Below are positions 20,554 to 29,889 of a DNA stretch of 64,000 nucleotides, one piece after another. The notes under the pieces were generated by a model. The model did not search any database. It was not told the origin of the DNA and worked only from the letters and a program-made list of their open reading frames with translations. Position 1 is the first letter of the stretch; every line of letters starts with the position of its first letter. Origin of the DNA: an uncultured Thermoleophilia bacterium (GTDB lineage: Bacteria > Actinomycetota > Thermoleophilia > UBA2241); NCBI GenBank assembly GCA_963715985.1, contig CAVQSP010000017.1, positions 224,001-288,000 of the forward strand. The letters run 5' to 3'. The translations under genes and the position numbers were made by a program.

Positions 20554-20913
20554 ATGAGCCCGCCGGTCGACATCCCGGACAGCGACGACGCGCTCCTCGC
20601 GGAGTGCGACGTCGATACGTTCCGCGCCGGCGGCCCCGGTGGGCAGCACCAGAACGTCACCGACAGCGCCGTGCGCCTGCGGCACCGGCCCACCGGACTC
20701 ACGGTCACGTCGCGAGCGCAGCGCAGCCAGTACCTCAACAAGATGGACGCGCTCCGTCGCCTGCGCCTCAAGCTTCGCCGTCTCAACGAGCCGCCGCCCC
20801 CGCCGCGCAGGCCCACGCGGCCGTCGCGCGCGGCCGTGGAGCGGCGCCTCACGCAGAAGCGCGTGCGCGCCTCGGTCAAGCGCCAGCGGCGTCCCCCGGA
20901 GGCCGGGGAGTGA
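20554..20913 (+). CDS. Small peptide-chain-release-factor-like protein (RF-1 GGQ domain, ArfB-like)
   Basis: GGPGGQH.N.TDSAVRL.H.PTG, RSQY.N, basic C-terminal tail. Confidence 0.9.
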   Translation: MSPPVDIPDSDDALLAECDVDTFRAGGPGGQHQNVTDSAVRLRHRPTGLTVTSRAQRSQYLNKMDALRRLRLKLRRLNEPPPPPRRPTRPSRAAVERRLTQKRVRASVKRQRRPPEAGE

Positions 20914-20935
20914 GGAGGCGGTCACGGCCACGCTG

Positions 20936-21733
20936 ATGGGCATCTTCGCCGTGGCCGTCGTCGCAGGTCTCTTCGGCAGCATGCTCGGCGTGGGCGGCGG
21001 CATCATCATGGTGCCGGTGCTCAGCCTGGCCTTCGGGGCGCCCATCAAGGTCGCCATCGCCACCAGCATCGTGTGCGTGATCGCCACGTCCACCATGGCG
21101 CAGACCAGCTTCATCAGCCGGGGGATGACCAACGTCCGCCTGGGGATGCTGCTCGAGGTGGCGACCACGGTGGGCGCCGTGGCCGGCGGCATCACGGCGG
21201 TCCTCATCAGCGGCCGCGTGCTGCAGGGCTGCTTCGCCGTCGTGCTCGTCTACGTGGCGTGGATGATGAACCGGCGCGGCGCGGACGTCGTCCCCCAGCG
21301 CACCGGCGTCCTCGAGGCGCGCTACCACGACCCCGTGGCCGGCGACGTCGTGTACGGGGTCAAGCGGGTGGAGCTCGGCTTCTTCCTGAGCCTGGCGGCC
21401 GGCAACGTGTCCGGGCTGCTCGGGGTGGGCGGAGGCGCCTTCAAGGTGCCCGTCATGAACATGCTGATGGGCATCCCCATCAAGGCAACCATCGCCACCA
21501 GCAACCTCATGATCGGTGTCACCGCCGCGACCGGAGCGGCCATCTTCTACGGTCGCGGGTACATGGACCCGCACTTCGTGGTGCCGGCGGCGCTCGGCAT
21601 CCTCGTCGGCGCCCGCTTCGGCCCGGCCCTTGCCGTGCGGCTCTCCGCCCGCGCCTTGGGCGTCATCTTCCAGGTCGTGCTGCTCGTCTTCGCTGCGCTC
21701 ATGATCCTCCAGGCGGCGGGGGTGACGCTGTGA
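20936..21733 (+). CDS. Sulfite exporter TauE/SafE family protein
   Basis: G.MLGVGGG...VP repeated as SGLLGVGGG...VP; ATSN.MIGVT; start uncertain. Confidence 0.88.
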   Translation: MGIFAVAVVAGLFGSMLGVGGGIIMVPVLSLAFGAPIKVAIATSIVCVIATSTMAQTSFISRGMTNVRLGMLLEVATTVGAVAGGITAVLISGRVLQGCFAVVLVYVAWMMNRRGADVVPQRTGVLEARYHDPVAGDVVYGVKRVELGFFLSLAAGNVSGLLGVGGGAFKVPVMNMLMGIPIKATIATSNLMIGVTAATGAAIFYGRGYMDPHFVVPAALGILVGARFGPALAVRLSARALGVIFQVVLLVFAALMILQAAGVTL

Positions 21734-22158
21734 GCGGCGGAGCGCCGGGACGAGGGCCGGACGGGCGCCCGCCGGGTCCGGCCCCGGACGTCTCGGGCGA
21801 GGCTTCGCTCCCGGCCGAGCACCACATGGACCCGATCGAGCGGACGATCCATCGCGTGCTGCAGACGGGCATCGCCGTGAGCGTCGTCCTGCTGGCCATA
21901 GGGCTCCTGCTCGACGCGGCGCGCGGTGAGGGCCTCTCGACCAGCGTCGTCCCCGCCGCCGAGCTCCCGGCCGCGCTGGCGAGCCTCGACCCTGCCGCCT
22001 TCCTCTCGCTGGGCCTCATCGTTCTGATCGCGACGCCCTTCGTGCGCGTGGGCGGCTCCATCGTGACGTTCGCGCGCCAGCATGACCGGCGTTACGTGGC
22101 GATCACGTCGATCGTGCTCGCGGTGATGCTGCTCAGCGTGCTGGTCGGCCGCGCCTGA
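21730..22158 (+). CDS. DUF1634 family membrane protein
   Basis: LG...LIATP.VRV....F....DRRY; GTGA overlap with the TauE gene, a usual partner. Confidence 0.85.
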   Translation: MSGGAPGRGPDGRPPGPAPDVSGEASLPAEHHMDPIERTIHRVLQTGIAVSVVLLAIGLLLDAARGEGLSTSVVPAAELPAALASLDPAAFLSLGLIVLIATPFVRVGGSIVTFARQHDRRYVAITSIVLAVMLLSVLVGRA

Positions 22159-22194
22159 GGGCCGCGGCGGCCCGGTCGCCGGGCGGCGCCGGGC

Positions 22195-23454
22195 TCAGAG
22201 CGCGCAGGAGGGGCCGGCGTCGACGCCCCTCACGGCGGCCGAGGCCCGCCGTCCGGACACCATCGCGCCCTGGATCGACGCCGTGTCCCGGTGGTCGCCG
22301 CACACGAAGAGCCCGTCTCGCAGCCTCACGGGCCGCTCCGCGGTGGGGAAGGCCTCCGGCGTCTGCGCCGGCAGCGCGAACGGGATGCGGTACACGGCGA
22401 GCCGGCGCCAGCCCGTTACCTGCGCCCCGAACCAGGCGCGCAGCTGGCCGCGCACGGCGGCGTCCAGCGCCTCGTCGTCGAGCGCCGGGATGCCGAGGAT
22501 GCTGGCCGAGACCAGGGCGCCGCCGGGCGGCGCGTAGCTCGGGGCCACGTCGCTGGGCACGCAGAGCGTGTTGACAGGCCCCGTGGTCTCGCCGTTGAGC
22601 ACGAGCACCGGCTCGCCCACCGGGGAGCGCTCCGCGGCGTAGTACACACAGGTGGTGGCCCGGGCACCCGGCGCCTCGAGGGCGCCGGTCAGCCGGGCCG
22701 CCTCCTGCCCGTCCGTGGCCACGACCACGGCGCCGGCGTCCAGGCGCTCGCCACCGGCCAGCGTCACGCCGGTGCTCGCGACGGACTCCGCCGTGCACCG
22801 CAGGCGCACGGCTGAGTCCGGCAGGCGCTCCGCCAGTTGCCGTGGGACGGCCTGCATCCCGGCCGCCGGCAGTGCGGCCACGCCCTCCGCGAACATCTTG
22901 AAGACGAAGGCGAAGAGGCGGCTCGACGTCTGCAGGGCCGGGTCCAGGAAGATGCCGCCCAGGTACGGCCTGAAGAACTGCTCGACCATGCCGGCGGAGA
23001 AGCCCTCCGTGCGCAGGGCCTCGCGCGTCGACAGCTGCGGTGCGTCGAGCACTTCGTTGAGCGACAGGCGCAGCAGCCGGCGCCGCAGGCGCGCGACGCG
23101 CAGCTTGTCGGCGAGCGTCCCGGGACCCTGTCCCAGCGAGCGCGCCGCGTCCAGCGGGTGGCGCGTGGGGTCGGCGAAGCGGGTCACGTGGCCCTCGCGC
23201 CACACGAGCGCTCCGGCGTAGAACGGCCGCAGCCCCAGGCGTTCGTAGTCGAGCACGCGCCGCGCCTCCGGGTAGGCTGTCGGGAGCACCTGGAAGCCGC
23301 GGTCCAGCTGGAATCCCTCGACGACGTCGGTGCGGATCCTGCCGCCGGGCGCGTCGGCGCGCTCGAGCACCACCACGTCGGCGCCGTGGCGGTGGAGGTC
23401 GGCGGCGCAGCTCAGTCCGGCGACGCCGCCGCCGACGACAACGACGTCCGGCAT
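22195..23454 (-). CDS. FAD-dependent oxidoreductase (amine oxidase/protoporphyrinogen oxidase-like)
   Basis: VVVVGGGVAGL, GGRIRTD..GFQLDRGFQV, CGDHR..SIQGA..SG. Confidence 0.92.
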   Translation of the reverse strand: MPDVVVVGGGVAGLSCAADLHRHGADVVVLERADAPGGRIRTDVVEGFQLDRGFQVLPTAYPEARRVLDYERLGLRPFYAGALVWREGHVTRFADPTRHPLDAARSLGQGPGTLADKLRVARLRRRLLRLSLNEVLDAPQLSTREALRTEGFSAGMVEQFFRPYLGGIFLDPALQTSSRLFAFVFKMFAEGVAALPAAGMQAVPRQLAERLPDSAVRLRCTAESVASTGVTLAGGERLDAGAVVVATDGQEAARLTGALEAPGARATTCVYYAAERSPVGEPVLVLNGETTGPVNTLCVPSDVAPSYAPPGGALVSASILGIPALDDEALDAAVRGQLRAWFGAQVTGWRRLAVYRIPFALPAQTPEAFPTAERPVRLRDGLFVCGDHRDTASIQGAMVSGRRASAAVRGVDAGPSCAL

Positions 23455-23455
23455 G

Positions 23456-23950
23456 TCACACCGCGTCCGGGTCGCCGGGCTCAGGCTGCGCGGCGCCCGG
23501 CACCACCCGGTCCCAATACTCGGCCAGGCGCGCCAGGTCCGCGTCGTCGAAGTGGTGCAGGAAGAGGCGGCGCACGCCCGCGAGGTGGGTGGGGCGCGCC
23601 TCGCCGAGCTTGTCCCGGCCGGCCGCGGTGAGCACCGCCCAGTACCCTCGCCCGTCCTCCGAGCAGCGCTCCCGCCGCACCAGTCCATCACGCTCCATGC
23701 GATCGACCAGGCGGCTGACGCCGCTGGCGCTGAGCAGCACGGAGCGGCAGAGGTCGCTCATACGCAGGCGGTGCCTCCCGGCGTCGCCGAGGTGGAGCAG
23801 GACTTCATAGGAGCGCAGCCCGATGCCGTGCGCCGCGGTGAGGTCGGCGTCCATGGCCCGCAGCAGCGAGGCGTGGACGCGCAGCATGCCTCTCCACGCT
23901 GCGAGCTCCCGGGTCGTGAGTGTCGTCGTGCGGTGTGCCGAGTCCGTCAT
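23456..23950 (-). CDS. MarR family transcriptional regulator
   Basis: YEVLLHL, SGVSRLVDRME..GLVRR...EDGRG. Confidence 0.92.
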   Translation of the reverse strand: MTDSAHRTTTLTTRELAAWRGMLRVHASLLRAMDADLTAAHGIGLRSYEVLLHLGDAGRHRLRMSDLCRSVLLSASGVSRLVDRMERDGLVRRERCSEDGRGYWAVLTAAGRDKLGEARPTHLAGVRRLFLHHFDDADLARLAEYWDRVVPGAAQPEPGDPDAV

Positions 23951-23959
23951 GTCCCTCGA

Positions 23960-23985
23960 TTCCTTGAACGGTCAAGGGAAGTATA
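23960..23985 (-). promoter_or_regulatory. MarR operator palindrome CCTTGA-N4-TCAAGG just downstream of -10 TATACT
   Basis: Palindrome at 23962-23977; AGTATA (+ strand) at 23980-23985. Confidence 0.6.
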
Positions 23986-24160
23986 CCTTGCCCGGCGGGC
24001 ACCCTCGCGCTTCATGCAACGTCGTGGGTGCGCGGGTAGAGTGCTCCGCGGCAGAGGCCCGGCCGGCGAGACGGGCTCTCCCGGTCCACCAGGGCCGGCG
24101 TGTGTTTGCCCCGGGGAACCTGGTCCATGGACCGCACTCGACGTCGGACGGAGGTCCGCG

Positions 24161-24523
24161 ATGGCTGACCCGAACTCATCTGCCTGGCACCGGCGTGAAC
24201 GCAGCCGCGACCTCACGGGCCTGGGCTGGCTGGAGGCGGACGTCCTCCGTGTGGTCTGGGACCGGGGAGAGGTCACCGTGCGCGACGTCTACGAGGACCT
24301 GCGCGAGCAGCGCCGCATCGCGTACACCACGGTGATGAGCGTGCTCCGCAACCTGGCCGCCAAAGGCCTTCTCGAGCAGGACCGGTCGCAGGCCGCCTAC
24401 GTCTACCGGCCGCGCGTCACCGACGAAGAGGTCGCGCGGGGCATCCTCGACGCCCTCGTGGACAAGATCATGGGCGGGCGTCGCCAGCCGCTCATCGACT
24501 ACCTGCAGCACCCGCCGCAGTGA
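24161..24523 (+). CDS. BlaI/MecI/CopY family transcriptional regulator
   Basis: LG.LEA.VL..VW, TVRDV, AYTTVM.VL.NL..KG.L; GGAGG RBS. Confidence 0.92.
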   Translation: MADPNSSAWHRRERSRDLTGLGWLEADVLRVVWDRGEVTVRDVYEDLREQRRIAYTTVMSVLRNLAAKGLLEQDRSQAAYVYRPRVTDEEVARGILDALVDKIMGGRRQPLIDYLQHPPQ

Positions 24524-24557
24524 GCGCGGGCGGGCGACCTGGTCGCCCGCCCGCGCT
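24523..24557. terminator. Bidirectional hairpin between convergent genes
   Basis: 17-bp perfect inverted repeat AGCGCGGGCGGGCGACC-t-GGTCGCCCGCCCGCGCT. Confidence 0.7.
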
Positions 24558-24569
24558 GCGTGCCTCGTT

Positions 24570-26393
24570 CTACTCGCTGACCTCGCGCCTGGGTCGCCGC
24601 AGCAGCAGCACGACCACCGCGATCACGACGACCGCCGCGATCACGATGCCGACGATGAGCGCGGTGTTCGACGAGCCGGTGTCGCTGGTCTCCGTCGTGG
24701 CGGTCTTCGGCTGCACCTGCACATAGGTGTCGATGTTGTCGTTCTGCAGCACGACCAGGCCTTCCTCGCCCGGGTAGGGGACCCAGCCCTCCCACTTGGC
24801 GGTGTTGTAAGCGGTCAGGTACTTCGGGTAGTAGAGCACCGCATAGTGCGCGTTGTCGTAGAACACCTGCTGCATGCGCTGGACCTGCTGTTCGCGCGCC
24901 GCCGGGTCCATCTCGGCGTCCTGCTGGTCGTAGAGTCTGTCGTATTCCGCGTTGGACCAGCAGGCGTCGTTCCACATCTCGATCTGCGAGGTGATGAAGG
25001 ACCCGAGCTGGTAGCCCGGATCGGCGGTGCCGCCCCAGCCCCAGATGAACATGTCGTAGTTCGGAGCGTAGGTGTCGCCCTTGTAGGTGTAGATGCCGTC
25101 GTTGAGCGTGCCGTCGTTCTCGACGCTGAGGATGATCTTCAGGCCGAGCTCTTCGAACGACCCCGCGATCAGCTTGCCGGCGCGCTGCTGCTCTGGCGAC
25201 TCACTCCGCGTCCAGAGTCGCAGCTCGATCGGTTTGCCCTGCTTGTCTTCCCTGATGCCGTCCCCGTCCGAGTCGGTGTAGCCAGCCTCGTCGAGCAGCT
25301 GGGCGGCCTTTGCCATGTCGTAGCCGAACGTCTCCTCGGGCGGAGGCGTCCAGGCGTAGTCGGTGAACGGCCCGATGATCGACTGGCCGACCTCTCCGTA
25401 GCCGTTGAGGGCCGTGTCGACGATCTTCTGCTTGTCGACCGCCCAGCTGATCGCCTGGCGGAACTTGAGGTCGCGCAGTACGGGGTTCGCCTGCGAGTCG
25501 TCGCTGTCGTAGACGTTCATGGCCAGCTCGACGAAGTAGCGGAAGAGGGCGGCTTTCGCCGTGATGCCGGGCTCGCTCTTCAGGGCGTTGAACTGTGCCG
25601 CGGGCAGCTGCACCGCGACGTCGAGAGCGCCGCTCTTGAGGTCCATCGCCATGGTGTCCTGGTTGGTGTAGATCTGGAGGATCACCTCGTCGACCTTGGG
25701 GGCGCCCATCCAGTAGTCCTTGTTGGCGGCGAAGCGGACGTACGAGCCCTTCTTGACCTCGATCGTCTGGAAGGGGCCGGAGCCGATGACCGGCGGCTTG
25801 GAGTTGTAGGTGGCTGCCTTGTCGCCCGGGATCTTGCTCCAGATGTGCTCCGGGACGATAGGGATCCACAGGCGCAGCATGGTGGCCTTCGGCTTCGTGA
25901 GGTGGAACTCGACCGTGGCGTCGTCAATGGCCACGGCCTCCTTGATGTTCTGCGTGCTGCTCGTGTAGGCCGAGAGCTCGTTGTCGATGATGTAGTTGTA
26001 GGTGAAGGCGACGTCCGCGGCGGTCACGGGCTCGCCGTCCTGCCACTTCATGCCGGGATGGATCTTGAACGTCCAGGTCAGACCGTCGGGCGACGTCTCC
26101 CAGCTGTCGGCGATCTCCGGCCGCACGCTGCCGTCGGGCGCGTAGCCGGTCAGCATGTCGTAGTTCAGGTGGAACATCTCGTAGGCCGCGACGGTGACGC
26201 CGGCGAACGGGTTGAGGCTGTCGATGTCCTGCAGGGTGCCGACGCGCAGCACCACCTTCTCCGCTCCGGGCGAAGGCGAGGAGGATGCCGTCGCGGCTGT
26301 GGCGATCCCCCATGCCAGTCCGCAGGTCGCCAGGGTCGCCAGCGCGAACGCCGCGAGCCTGGCCGGAGTGAGACGACGTGAGCGAGTGTGCAT
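24570..26393 (-). CDS. Peptide ABC-transporter substrate-binding protein (family 5) with C-terminal TM anchor
   Basis: Signal peptide; LNPF, SPDGLTWTFK, KWQDGEP.TA.DV.FT, IGSGPF; C-terminal TM + RRPRR; no permease nearby. Confidence 0.92.
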   Translation of the reverse strand: MHTRSRRLTPARLAAFALATLATCGLAWGIATAATASSSPSPGAEKVVLRVGTLQDIDSLNPFAGVTVAAYEMFHLNYDMLTGYAPDGSVRPEIADSWETSPDGLTWTFKIHPGMKWQDGEPVTAADVAFTYNYIIDNELSAYTSSTQNIKEAVAIDDATVEFHLTKPKATMLRLWIPIVPEHIWSKIPGDKAATYNSKPPVIGSGPFQTIEVKKGSYVRFAANKDYWMGAPKVDEVILQIYTNQDTMAMDLKSGALDVAVQLPAAQFNALKSEPGITAKAALFRYFVELAMNVYDSDDSQANPVLRDLKFRQAISWAVDKQKIVDTALNGYGEVGQSIIGPFTDYAWTPPPEETFGYDMAKAAQLLDEAGYTDSDGDGIREDKQGKPIELRLWTRSESPEQQRAGKLIAGSFEELGLKIILSVENDGTLNDGIYTYKGDTYAPNYDMFIWGWGGTADPGYQLGSFITSQIEMWNDACWSNAEYDRLYDQQDAEMDPAAREQQVQRMQQVFYDNAHYAVLYYPKYLTAYNTAKWEGWVPYPGEEGLVVLQNDNIDTYVQVQPKTATTETSDTGSSNTALIVGIVIAAVVVIAVVVLLLRRPRREVSE

Positions 26394-26618
26394 GTCCGGT
26401 ACCCCCTGACCGTTGTGCTTGCGGCGAATCCCCCGAGCCACCGCTGTTCATGCCAAGAATACGCCAATCTCGTGGGTGGATGTGCGGCAGTCGGCTCATC
26501 GGCCGGCGTCCGGTGGGCGTTGCGGGGTGCGGAGCCTGCGGATAGAGTGCGGGGGGCCGCGGCGCCGGAGGCGATCGCGGCCCCCCGCCGTCCGCACGTC
26601 GATCCGCCGGAGGTACCC

Positions 26619-28346
26619 GTGAGCGGCCGCCCATCAGCTACGTCGCCGGGCACTTCCGGTACCGAGCCCGGCGGTCGGCCGCCGGCCCAACGTACTGTGT
26701 CCGCGGCGGAGCCGCTCGTCCAGGCGCTTCTGGACGACCTCGTCGAAGACGACCCGGTGCTGGCCAGCGGCCTCGGCCTGACCGCCGGCGCCGACAGGCT
26801 GCCGTCGTGGTCCGCGGACGCGGTGGCCCGGCGGCTGCGCATGGCAGACGACCACGCGGAGCGCCTGGCGCCGCTCGTGGCCTCGCCGGACCCCGTCACC
26901 GCCGTCGACGCCTTCATCGGCCTGCAGATCACACGCCGCCTGCGGCGCTCCTTCGCGCTGCGCGAGGTGCACCGCACCCAGCCCGGCGCCTATCTCGACG
27001 TCCTCTTCGGCGTGTTCCCCCTTCTGCTGCGCGAGCTGGGCACCCCTCACGAGCGCGTGGACGCGCTCGCGGGCCGGCTGAACGCCGCGCCCCGGCTCCT
27101 CGAGGAGGCGCGCGCCAACCTTGGCCACGAATTGCCCGCCGTCGCGCTGGAGGTGGGCGTGGACCAGGCGGAGGCCCTCCTTGAGCTCGTGGGGACCACC
27201 GTGAGGGACTTCGCCCGCGAGGCCGGCCGCGAGGGCGCGCTCGACGAGCCCTCGCGTACCGCCGGCGAGGCGGTGGCCGCCTTCCGCGATCATCTCCGCG
27301 ACGAGTTGCTCCCGCGGGCCACTACGCTGGGCGGCGCCGGCCGCGACGTGCTCGAGGACACCCTGCGCTGGGAGCACGTGCTCGACGAGCGCCCCGAGGA
27401 CCTCGCCGCCTACGGCCGCGAGGTCCTCGCCGAGTCGCAGGCGAGGATGCGCGACCTGGCGCGGGAGCTGGGCCACGACGACGTGTCGGCCGCCGTCGCC
27501 GAGATCTGCTTACGCCACCCGGCCGCGCCGGACATCGTGGCCGCCTACGGCGACGCTGTGCGCGGCGCCCGGCAGTTCGTGGCGGATCATGGCATCGTGT
27601 CGCTGCCCGAGGGAGAGGAGCTCGAGGTCGTCGCCACGCCGCCGTTCCTCCGCCGCCTTCTGCCGTTCGCCGCCTACGAGCCCCCGGGGCCGTATGACGC
27701 GCGGCAGCTCGGCTACTACTACGTCACGCCGCCGCGCGACGGATTGGCGCCGGCAGAGCTGGAGGAGGCTCTGCGCAACCACCCGTTCGCCTCCATGCCC
27801 ACAACCGGCGTGCACGAGGCCTACCCCGGACACCACCTGCAGATCGTCAGCGCCAACCACGCGCCCACGCTGGCGCGCCGCATCGCCTACCTTCCGATGG
27901 GCGGCGACATCCTCGTGGAAGGCTGGGCCTTCTACTGCGAGGAGCTCATGGAGCGCGAAGGGTATCTCGCCGACCCCGCGGTGCGGCTGATGCGCCTCAA
28001 CGACCAGGCCTGGCGTGCGTGCCGGGTCGTGATCGACGTCGAGTTCCACCTCGGGGCCATGGATCTCGCCGCGGCCGCGGACCTGCTCGAGGAGGCCGCG
28101 CACATGAACCGCTACGAGGCCGAGCTCGAGTGCCGCAGGTATGCGGTGGAGCCGGGCCAGGCGATGAGCTACCTGCTTGGGCGCCGCGAGGTGCAGCGTC
28201 TCGCCGACGCGTATCTCGCCTCCGGCACCGCGTCTCTGAGGGAGTTCCACGACGCGCTGCTGAGTTGGGGCTCGGTGGCGCCGGCGGTCATCGCCTGGGG
28301 TATGGGGCTGGCGCCCGCCCCGCCGGCCGCCGCCGCGCTCAGCTAG
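26619..28346 (+). CDS. DUF885 family protein
   Basis: HEAYPGHHLQ, EGWAFYCE, RACR..ID...H, RY...PGQA.SY.LG, FHDALL..G. Confidence 0.9.
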   Translation: MSGRPSATSPGTSGTEPGGRPPAQRTVSAAEPLVQALLDDLVEDDPVLASGLGLTAGADRLPSWSADAVARRLRMADDHAERLAPLVASPDPVTAVDAFIGLQITRRLRRSFALREVHRTQPGAYLDVLFGVFPLLLRELGTPHERVDALAGRLNAAPRLLEEARANLGHELPAVALEVGVDQAEALLELVGTTVRDFAREAGREGALDEPSRTAGEAVAAFRDHLRDELLPRATTLGGAGRDVLEDTLRWEHVLDERPEDLAAYGREVLAESQARMRDLARELGHDDVSAAVAEICLRHPAAPDIVAAYGDAVRGARQFVADHGIVSLPEGEELEVVATPPFLRRLLPFAAYEPPGPYDARQLGYYYVTPPRDGLAPAELEEALRNHPFASMPTTGVHEAYPGHHLQIVSANHAPTLARRIAYLPMGGDILVEGWAFYCEELMEREGYLADPAVRLMRLNDQAWRACRVVIDVEFHLGAMDLAAAADLLEEAAHMNRYEAELECRRYAVEPGQAMSYLLGRREVQRLADAYLASGTASLREFHDALLSWGSVAPAVIAWGMGLAPAPPAAAALS

Positions 28347-28363
28347 CGGCGCGCGTCCGCCGG

Positions 28364-29779
28364 TCAGTTCCTGACGCGCTCGCGCTTCTCGGCGCCGTGC
28401 AGCACCACGCGGTCGCGGCCGGCGGCCTTGGCGCTGTACAGCGCCTGGTCTGACAGCTCCATGAGGGTGTCCAGGTCGGTGGCGTCACGCGGGCAGGTGG
28501 CCACGCCGACGCTGATGGTGATGTTGACGTCGGCGGGCAGACCCAGCCCGGTGTATCGCGTGCCGCTCAGCGTGCGCCGCACGCGCTCGGCCACGTAGTA
28601 GGCGTTCTCGCCGGGCGTGCTGGGCAGGAGCACCGCGAACTCCTCGCCGCCGTGCCGCGCGCAGATGTCGCTGGTGCGCAGCGCGTCCTGCATGGCCTGC
28701 GCCACGGTCTGCAGCACGCGGTCGCCGGTGGCGTGACCGTAGGTGTCGTTGAAGACCTTGAAGTGGTCGATGTCCACCATCAGGACGCTCAGCGGCGCCT
28801 GGTGGCGCAGGCTTCTATCGATCTCCTCCGCCGCGCGGTTCATGAAGTAGCGCCGGTTGTAGAGCCGCGTCAGGTGGTCGGTGACCACCTGGCGGCGGAT
28901 GGCGTCGTACTTGTGGGCGTTGGTCAAGGCGCTCTGGATGTGGTTGCGAAGGGCGTCGAGGATGTCGTCCGAGAGCAGGGAGACGTACTCGCCGCTCGTG
29001 GAGGCCGCCAGCATGGCCATGTCGCCGACGTTCTCCACGCGCACCGGGATCACGACCTGCCCGCGCATGGTGGGCGGGAAGAGCGTGCAGGTGTGCCCGG
29101 TGGTGCGCACCAGCTGGCCCCCTGCGATGGCTTGGCGCACCGGGCAGTCCGGCGTGAAGGCGCAGCACTCCGCCGAGAGGCCGGGGGACAGCACGCCCTG
29201 GGCGCCCTCCAGGGAGAAAGCGCGCGCGTCGCCGTCCAGCTGCAGCAGGGCCGCGAAGTCGGCGTGCAGGAATGCGCGCGAGCGCGAAAGCACGCGCTCC
29301 ACCGTCTCGCGGTACGGCAGCGCCGCGTTCATCTCCTTGCCCAGCTCACCGACGTCCATGAGCTGGCGGTTGAGGGCCTGCACGCGTTCGAGATCCGCCT
29401 TGAGGCTCTGTGACACCCACTCCTTGTCCTCCGCCGCCGTGAACACGGCGATGAGCGTGCCGACCAGGTGCCCCATCTCGCGGATCTCGTCGCGGTAGAA
29501 GGGGTCATTGCGCTCGTAGGTGCCGCCGAGACGCGTGCGTGACCGGTGGATGAGGCTGTTGAGCGGCCGGTACACCCAGATGTCGAACACGAGGACGATG
29601 AGGATGAAGACCGCGAGGAGGGCCACCGCAAGCTGCCAGGCGGGGCCGGCGTGGAACCAGCGCGTGGCCACCACGAAGAACACCCCGAGCGTCACGGCCA
29701 GCACCGCGACCGTCTTCAGTTCGAGGCTGACTCCACGGGCGTAGCCGAGGCCCTCGCCCCGGCGTCGTTCAGGGGTCAT
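28364..29779 (-). CDS. Membrane-bound diguanylate cyclase (2 TM, HAMP-like, GAF, GGDEF)
   Basis: TDHLT.LYNRR, DIDHFK.FNDTYGH..GD, RTSD I-site five residues before GGEEF, SVGVA, DQALY.AK..GR. Confidence 0.95.
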   Translation of the reverse strand: MTPERRRGEGLGYARGVSLELKTVAVLAVTLGVFFVVATRWFHAGPAWQLAVALLAVFILIVLVFDIWVYRPLNSLIHRSRTRLGGTYERNDPFYRDEIREMGHLVGTLIAVFTAAEDKEWVSQSLKADLERVQALNRQLMDVGELGKEMNAALPYRETVERVLSRSRAFLHADFAALLQLDGDARAFSLEGAQGVLSPGLSAECCAFTPDCPVRQAIAGGQLVRTTGHTCTLFPPTMRGQVVIPVRVENVGDMAMLAASTSGEYVSLLSDDILDALRNHIQSALTNAHKYDAIRRQVVTDHLTRLYNRRYFMNRAAEEIDRSLRHQAPLSVLMVDIDHFKVFNDTYGHATGDRVLQTVAQAMQDALRTSDICARHGGEEFAVLLPSTPGENAYYVAERVRRTLSGTRYTGLGLPADVNITISVGVATCPRDATDLDTLMELSDQALYSAKAAGRDRVVLHGAEKRERVRN

Positions 29780-29889
29780 GTCGGACGTAGCGCGCCTCTC
29801 GTGCGATTGCGGTCACTCGGGGTATCGGCAGAAGGTCGGCTTCCATGATAGGTGCCGCCCGGGCCGGCGAGGACGGCCCGCCGTTCGTG

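Noticed and set aside
26451-26467. Sigma54 promoter on the minus strand (TGGCGTATTCTTGGCA)
   Set aside because: GG-N10-GC spacing fits, but the -12 element is not TTGC and no enhancer-binding protein is nearby
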